From assembly GCA_965248055.1 (NCBI GenBank), contig CBDFIJ010000004.1:1504001-1568000 (forward strand): a stretch of 64,000 nucleotides of DNA. Direction: 5' to 3'. The stretch is from Candidatus Multivoradales bacterium. GTDB taxonomy: Bacteria; Acidobacteriota; Thermoanaerobaculia; Multivoradales; JAHEKO01. A program made the translations under genes and the position numbers. Shown here piece after piece: positions 58,816 through 64,000 of the stretch. The notes under the pieces were generated by a model, which searched no databases, was not told where the DNA came from, and saw only the letters and a program-made list of their open reading frames with translations. The first letter of the stretch is position 1; the number at the start of each line of letters is the position of its first letter.

Positions 58816-58844
58816 AGGCTAAGTGTCAACGATCACATTGTCAA
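58816..58844 (-). promoter_or_regulatory. Putative sigma70 promoter of the lipoprotein gene
   Basis: Minus strand TTGACA-N17-TAGCCT; a second TTGACA lies inside the spacer. Confidence 0.55.
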
Positions 58845-58878
58845 CTCTCGTCAGCGTGGGTTAGGTGGAACTCAGCAT

Positions 58879-59358
58879 TCACTCGTCCAGTTCGCGAGGT
58901 CGTTGCAGCCACTTCAGGGTTCCCGCCCCAGGCGCAAGTTCACAAGCGGTTAGGCATGCAACGGTGGCGGTTGGGAATCCAGGAGCAGGCTGACCGGTAA
59001 GTAGAGCCACCGTGTCCGAACACCAAGGTTCATGTCCACAGAGCAGAATGGAAGCAGCATCACCACGATAATGCTCTGCCACCTGTAGTACCTCCAGTGG
59101 CCCCGCACCATAGAGGAGCGGGGCCACGCTTTGGGACAATGACCAGCCTGCGGCACCTGCCACCAACTCCAGTGTGGTCTTGGCCCGCAGTGCGGAAGAA
59201 GTGACAAGAACCTCAGGCGCGACGTCATGGTCGAGCAGGAAGCTTCCCATCTTCACAGCAGCACGCCGCCCTCGCTTGGCCAACGGGCGATCGTGGTCCA
59301 ACCGATAGTCAGCGGCCCAATCGGATTTGCCATGGCGTAACAAATAGAGTTTTAGCAC
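58879..59358 (-). CDS. sixA: Phosphohistidine phosphatase SixA
   Basis: LYLLRHGKSDW, DHDRPL..RG, SSALRAKTT, CGHEP. Start GTG 59358 inferred. Confidence 0.85.
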   Translation of the reverse strand: MLKLYLLRHGKSDWAADYRLDHDRPLAKRGRRAAVKMGSFLLDHDVAPEVLVTSSALRAKTTLELVAGAAGWSLSQSVAPLLYGAGPLEVLQVAEHYRGDAASILLCGHEPWCSDTVALLTGQPAPGFPTATVACLTACELAPGAGTLKWLQRPRELDE

Positions 59359-59439
59359 CCAGGACTCCTGTTTTGCTATGGTTCTTGTTTGCAGTCGGGC
59401 GGACATTTGACGATTATCCGAACGACCGGAGCTCCAAGT

Positions 59440-61599
59440 ATGACAACGTCGCTCGAATCACTAGACAATCCCCTGCAAAGCCCACTCGCTGGCGCCCCCG
59501 GTCAACCGATCGATCTGTCGCAAGCCGATTATTACTTCAACCGCGAACTGAGCTGGCTCGACTTTAACCAAAGGGTTTTGGATCAAGTCGCCGACCGGCG
59601 CCACCCATTGTTGGAGCGCGTGAAGTTTCTGGCGATCTTCCATACCAATTTGGATGAGTTCTTTATGGTGCGGGTCTCCGGACTGCGTCGGCAACTTGCC
59701 GCCGGCGTGGTCGACGCTCCGGCCGATGGATTAAGCGCTGCCGATCAGCTGACCGCGATTCGTAGCGCCGTCTCCGCCCAGCTCGACCGCAGCAGCCGAC
59801 TGTGGAACAACCTACTAGAAGAGTTGGCCACCGAAGGGATCCAAATCGTTGACCACAACGACCTATCGGAGGGGGTACAAAAAGCGCTCAGGGGCCAGTT
59901 CAAGCGTGAGGTGTTTCCGGTCTTGACTCCCTTGGCCGTCGACCCAGGCCACCCTTTTCCGCATATTTCTAATCTATCGATCAACCTCGGTGTTGTGGTC
60001 GAAGATGCGGAAGGTGCGTCTCGCTTCGCCCGCATCAAGGTGCCACAAACCTTGCCGCGATTGGTGCCGGTTCCCAGTGCTGAGGTCGAGGAACAGATGG
60101 AACTCGGGGTGGGCGAGATCGTCGCCGAAAAATTCGTTTGGATGGAGAATCTTATCCGCGCCAACGTCGATCGACTGTTTCCCGGGCTCAAGGTGGCCGA
60201 TTGCTTTCCTTTTCGACTGACTCGGGACGCCGATCAGGAGATCGATGAAGACGAAGGCGGGGATTTGCTTACTGCTATGGCGGAGATCGTTGAACAACGG
60301 CATTTTGGCAGTGCGGTGCGCCTTGAAGTGGTTCCGGAAATTCCCCGAACAGTGCTCCACACCTTAGAGAATCACCTCAACCTAGCTCCGTTTCAAATTT
60401 ACGAGTCTTCTTCACCGCTTGGTCTTTCGAGTTTGTGGCAGATCGCGTCCTTGGACCGCCGCGAGCTACGTGACCCACCTTTTCACCCCAAGGTTCAGCC
60501 TGCGTTGTCCGGCGATGGATCGATTTTTTCGGCAATTCGTGAGCACGGGTCGCTGATGGTGTATCACCCTTACGACAGTTTCTCGTCGGTCGTGCGCCTG
60601 CTCGACGAGGCCGCCGAAGATCCCCAAGTGGTGGCCATCAAACAGACGCTGTATCGCACCGGACAGGACTCTCCGATCGTCGCTGCGTTGATGAAGGCGC
60701 GGCAGAACGGAAAACAGGTGGCCGCCCTGATTGAGCTAAAGGCCCGGTTTGATGAGTCATCCAATATCGGTTGGGCGAAGGCGTTGGAGCAGGCAGGGGT
60801 CCATGTCGTCTACGGATTGGTCGGGCTCAAGACCCACGCCAAGATGAGCCTGGTTGTTCGTCGAGAAGAGGGCAAGGTGCGCCGCTATGTTCACCTGGGA
60901 ACCGGCAACTACAACCCCTCGACCGCCCAGATCTACACCGATCTAGGCTTGATGACTACCGATTCGGCGATCGGCAAGGACGTCTCCGACTTGTTTAACT
61001 CATTGACTGGGTATTCGGCCAAAACCGACTACCGGAAACTCATCGTTGCCCCGCATAGCATGCGCCGGGTACTGATCGAACGCATCGACCGAGAAATCGA
61101 GCACCATCGTGCAGGTAGACCGGCGCAGATCATCTTCAAGATGAACTCGTTGGTCGACCCCAAGTGCATCCGGGCTCTCTATCGAGCTTCGCAGGCGGGA
61201 GTAGAGATCGACCTCTTGGTGCGTGGAATCTGTTGCCTCAAGCCAGGCATTGAAGGAGTCAGCGAGAATATCCGCGTTAGTTCTTTGATTGGCCGCTTTT
61301 TGGAGCACGCCCGGATCTACACCTTCGCCAACGGCGGCGATCCAGACATCTTGATGGGCAGTGCCGATTTAATGCCGCGCAACTTGGACAACCGGGTCGA
61401 AGTTCTGGCACCGGTCGAGTCCGCGTTACTGAAAAAGGCGCTGCTCGATGAGATCCTGGAGCTTCAGCTGACGGATACTGCGAATGGATATCGATTGCTT
61501 TCCGACGGAGAGTATCGATCGCTGACAGTAGAGGGCGATTCGCTCAACAGTCATACGTTCTTGATCGAACGCGGTGGCAATTGGCGCGCAGAAGCTTAA
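59440..61599 (+). CDS. ppk1: Polyphosphate kinase 1
   Basis: YFNRELSWLDFN, NLDEFFMVRV, PFPHISN, HPYDSF, LKARFDE, KTHAK, HLGTGNYN, GRFLEH, SADLMPRN. Confidence 0.97.
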   Translation: MTTSLESLDNPLQSPLAGAPGQPIDLSQADYYFNRELSWLDFNQRVLDQVADRRHPLLERVKFLAIFHTNLDEFFMVRVSGLRRQLAAGVVDAPADGLSAADQLTAIRSAVSAQLDRSSRLWNNLLEELATEGIQIVDHNDLSEGVQKALRGQFKREVFPVLTPLAVDPGHPFPHISNLSINLGVVVEDAEGASRFARIKVPQTLPRLVPVPSAEVEEQMELGVGEIVAEKFVWMENLIRANVDRLFPGLKVADCFPFRLTRDADQEIDEDEGGDLLTAMAEIVEQRHFGSAVRLEVVPEIPRTVLHTLENHLNLAPFQIYESSSPLGLSSLWQIASLDRRELRDPPFHPKVQPALSGDGSIFSAIREHGSLMVYHPYDSFSSVVRLLDEAAEDPQVVAIKQTLYRTGQDSPIVAALMKARQNGKQVAALIELKARFDESSNIGWAKALEQAGVHVVYGLVGLKTHAKMSLVVRREEGKVRRYVHLGTGNYNPSTAQIYTDLGLMTTDSAIGKDVSDLFNSLTGYSAKTDYRKLIVAPHSMRRVLIERIDREIEHHRAGRPAQIIFKMNSLVDPKCIRALYRASQAGVEIDLLVRGICCLKPGIEGVSENIRVSSLIGRFLEHARIYTFANGGDPDILMGSADLMPRNLDNRVEVLAPVESALLKKALLDEILELQLTDTANGYRLLSDGEYRSLTVEGDSLNSHTFLIERGGNWRAEA

Positions 61600-62693
61600 G
61601 AGTTCTTGTCTGTCGGTCTAGGCAGGCGAACGCGAAACCTGGTGCCGCGGCCCATTCCGCTGTCGACTGAAACTTCCCCGCCATGGACCCGGGCCGCATG
61701 TTTGACGATCGCCAAGCCCAATCCGGTTCCGCCCGAAGCGCGCGAACGTCCAGCATCAACTCGGTAGAAGCGTTCAAACAAATGCGGCAGATGTTCGCTG
61801 CCAATACCCGGTCCTTGGTCTGCCACCTCAAACTCAATATCGGTACGGCTTTCTCGCAGGGAAACTGAGATCACCCCATTCTTGTTGGAGTACTTGGCGG
61901 CATTGTCGACCAAGTTCAAGACTAATTGTTCGAGGGAACCGGGGAAGCCCCGATAAATCAAACGATCCGGAACCTGCCGCTTCACGTCGACCGCACGGGC
62001 AGCGAGGGTCGGCGCTACCGTCTCGAGGGACTCGGCAAGCAACGCAACTAGATCAATCGACTGGCGGTCACTGCGGGTGATTGCCTCTTCGCTCTCCATC
62101 TCGGACAGCTCCATCAGGTCTCGCAGTAGTGCTTCCAGTCTTGAGCTTTGTACCAAAATGCGTTCTGCGAAATTGCTTTGCTGGGGATCGACCAGATCTT
62201 CCACCAAGGTTTCTGCATAGCCGCGAATCGCGGTGAGTGGAGTTTTGAGTTCGTGGGAAACGTTGGCGACAAATTCCCGCCGCATCGACTCCATACGTTG
62301 TTCGATGGTGACATCGCGCAGCGCCAGTACCACACGCCCACCTTCGGTGGTGCCCGCTTGGGGTTGCACCAAGCGGCCCGCCTCGGTTTCAAAGATCGCA
62401 CCGAGCGTCCACCGCTCGCGGCCTCGGGCATTGTTTAGAACTTTCAGGATTTCTGGCTGACAAACTTGCTCAGACAACCCTCGCCCAGTGCGCAAAACCT
62501 TTCCCAGCAGCAAGTCTGCACTGGGATTGAAGGATTGCACCCGTTCCTTGTGGTCTAGGACAACGATTCCCTCCCGAAGAACCGCAAACACGGATTGCAA
62601 CTGATGTCCGTCTCCGGCACCCGTCGCGATTTTTCTATCCGGTACCGAACCTTTCTTCCTCGGCAGAGAGCGCTTTCTTGCGAACCAACTCAA
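61596..62693 (-). CDS. phoR: PhoR-like histidine kinase (PAS-HisKA-HATPase) without TM segments
   Basis: FVANVSHELKTPL, NLVDNAAKY, DQGPGI, FERFYRVD, GGTGLGLAIVKH; translationally coupled to phoB. Confidence 0.85.
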   Translation of the reverse strand: MSWFARKRSLPRKKGSVPDRKIATGAGDGHQLQSVFAVLREGIVVLDHKERVQSFNPSADLLLGKVLRTGRGLSEQVCQPEILKVLNNARGRERWTLGAIFETEAGRLVQPQAGTTEGGRVVLALRDVTIEQRMESMRREFVANVSHELKTPLTAIRGYAETLVEDLVDPQQSNFAERILVQSSRLEALLRDLMELSEMESEEAITRSDRQSIDLVALLAESLETVAPTLAARAVDVKRQVPDRLIYRGFPGSLEQLVLNLVDNAAKYSNKNGVISVSLRESRTDIEFEVADQGPGIGSEHLPHLFERFYRVDAGRSRASGGTGLGLAIVKHAARVHGGEVSVDSGMGRGTRFRVRLPRPTDKNS

Positions 62694-63397
62694 ACGTCGC
62701 CATCCTCACGAATGCGGTAACCGATCCCGACCACCGTCTCTACACGCTCGGACTCCGGACCAAGCTTCTTACGCAATCGGCGAATGTGAGTATCGATGGT
62801 GCGGCTCTCCACGTCTTCGTTGTAGCCCCACACTTTGTGTAGCAGTCGCTCTCGAGTCCGGACTCGGCCCGGCTTCTTCAAGAGGTAGTGGAGAAGCCGA
62901 AATTCGGTCGCCGTCAGTTGCACGGCTTCCCCCCCGACGCTGACTTGATGGGCCTCAGGATCTAGCACTAAACCTCCAGCACTGAGAACATCACCACTCA
63001 CTCTTCCGCGGCGTAACACCGCACCAACCCGAAGTACCACTTCACGCGGGCTAAAGGGCTTGGCAACGTAGTCGTCAGCACCCACCTCCAAGCCGACCAC
63101 GCGATCCATTTCCTCGCCGCGCGCCGAAACCATCATGATTGGGATATCACGGGTTTCCTCTTCAGCACGGAGTCGGCGGCAAACTTCCAGGCCGTCCATT
63201 TCGGGCAGCATTAGGTCGAGCAAGATGAGATCCGGCACCACACTGGCCGCAGTCTCCAAGGCCGCGGGGCCGTCTGCCACCTTGGAAACCTGATACCCAC
63301 TACGCTCAAGGTGTAGGCGCAGAATCTCAGCAATATCCTCTTCGTCCTCGACAACCAGGATGTGTGCTGCGGTATCTCTTGCGTTGGCTGGACTCAT
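62690..63397 (-). CDS. phoB: OmpR/PhoB family response regulator
   Basis: VVEDE, LLDLMLP, GADDYVAKPFS, LTATEFRLL, RTIDTHIRRLRKKL; phosphate-cluster context. Confidence 0.85.
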   Translation of the reverse strand: MSPANARDTAAHILVVEDEEDIAEILRLHLERSGYQVSKVADGPAALETAASVVPDLILLDLMLPEMDGLEVCRRLRAEEETRDIPIMMVSARGEEMDRVVGLEVGADDYVAKPFSPREVVLRVGAVLRRGRVSGDVLSAGGLVLDPEAHQVSVGGEAVQLTATEFRLLHYLLKKPGRVRTRERLLHKVWGYNEDVESRTIDTHIRRLRKKLGPESERVETVVGIGYRIREDGDV

Positions 63398-63422
63398 GGC
63401 GTTCTCGCAAGACCAACATAGC

Positions 63423-63449
63423 AAAAGGGCGACCCAATGGGCCGCCCTT
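63423..63449 (-). terminator. Intrinsic terminator after the S8 peptidase gene
   Basis: Minus strand GGGCGGCCC-ATT-GGGTCGCCC-TTTT. Confidence 0.7.
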
Positions 63450-63473
63450 GACAAATCGTAACGAACTCGCGAT

Positions 63474-63998
63474 TTACCGCAGCGAGCCGTAGGCGTTGAC
63501 CCGGCCAGCACCGTAGAAGTCGTCATTCCCCTTCTTGCCTAGATCATCCGCACCCCGACGAAGAGCTGCTTCAACCTGAGCTGGGGCCATGTCACCACCG
63601 TTGGCGCCAATGATCAGCGCCGCCACTCCGGTCACATGCGGTGCTGCCATGCTGGTACCAGCCGACCAACCCCAACCACCGGGAAAGGTAGAAAACACCA
63701 TGTCGAACACCCAGCAAAACTGAACCACCACCGGGCCAAAGCAAACCTCATTGCCGGGATAGACAAAGTCGCCGCCTGGCGCCGCGAAGTGAATTCCAGA
63801 CTGACCGTAGTTACTGTAGCTCGACGGATTGTCCAGAAAGGTGAACGGATCCAAGGCCCAACCGATCGGTGCAGTGGCAGATACTGCGATCACGTGCGGC
63901 AGTTCGCCAGGAAACACTTTGACTGGCCCATCGTGGTCGAGGTTGCGTGCCTCGTTGCCAGCACTGGAGACAATCGTAGTTCCCTGCTGGAAGGCGTA
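63474..63998 (-). CDS. Subtilisin-like S8 serine peptidase (C-terminal part; continues beyond window)
   Basis: SSAGNE oxyanion motif, SSYSNYG, AAPGG, GTSMAAPHVTG, YGAGRVNA; frame open to the window edge. Confidence 0.92.
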   Translation of the reverse strand, partial: YAFQQGTTIVSSAGNEARNLDHDGPVKVFPGELPHVIAVSATAPIGWALDPFTFLDNPSSYSNYGQSGIHFAAPGGDFVYPGNEVCFGPVVVQFCWVFDMVFSTFPGGWGWSAGTSMAAPHVTGVAALIIGANGGDMAPAQVEAALRRGADDLGKKGNDDFYGAGRVNAYGSLR

Positions 63999-64000
63999 GG

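Noticed and set aside
63448-63466. Pho-box-like GTTAC/GTCAA repeat upstream of phoB
   Set aside because: The period is 10 rather than 11 bp, and it lies upstream of the terminator hairpin; too weak.
1-64000. CRISPR arrays, tRNA/rRNA, integrases, phage or defence genes
   Set aside because: None recognised by eye; the intergenic gaps are short and contain no regularly spaced repeats.

Overview
GC-rich (~58%) bacterial chromosomal window from a diderm organism. The gene style (TPR Ser/Thr kinase, PEGA, CsgG, TonB fusion, YVTN) suggests Acidobacteriota; this is inference. No rRNA, tRNA, CRISPR array, transposase or prophage was recognised. Main blocks in order: (1) acyltransferase, YVTN propeller, creatininase-family hydrolase, a LacZ-like GH2 protein missing its catalytic residues, and kynA-kynU; (2) a thiolase-lptD-GDP-sugar dehydratase/reductase-HD operon interrupted by a 270-bp inverted-repeat (MITE-like) element; (3) ruvX-mltG, a pseudokinase-TonB fusion, CsgG, DUF3891 and ogt; (4) an ECF sigma/anti-sigma/thioredoxin/M23/GHMP cluster; (5) an 11-gene nuoABCDHIJKLMN operon without nuoEFG, near an NDUFAF7/MidA methyltransferase; (6) a frameshifted heptose kinase, heptosyltransferase, pilB, PduO-type adenosyltransferase and a pabB-pabC fusion; (7) a ~16-kb phosphate/polyphosphate cluster (porin, pstSCAB-B, PhoU fused to a degenerate LMW-PTP/ArsC domain, ppx, sixA, ppk1, soluble PhoR, phoB) with a receptor-kinase plus Cys-rich lipoprotein pair inside it. 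Best leads: the kinase/lipoprotein pair whose convergent 3' ends form a low-GC block, the PhoU-pseudophosphatase with membrane-less PhoR, the two other pseudo-enzymes (GH2, kinase-TonB), and the MITE. All family assignments come from motif recognition by eye, not database searches.
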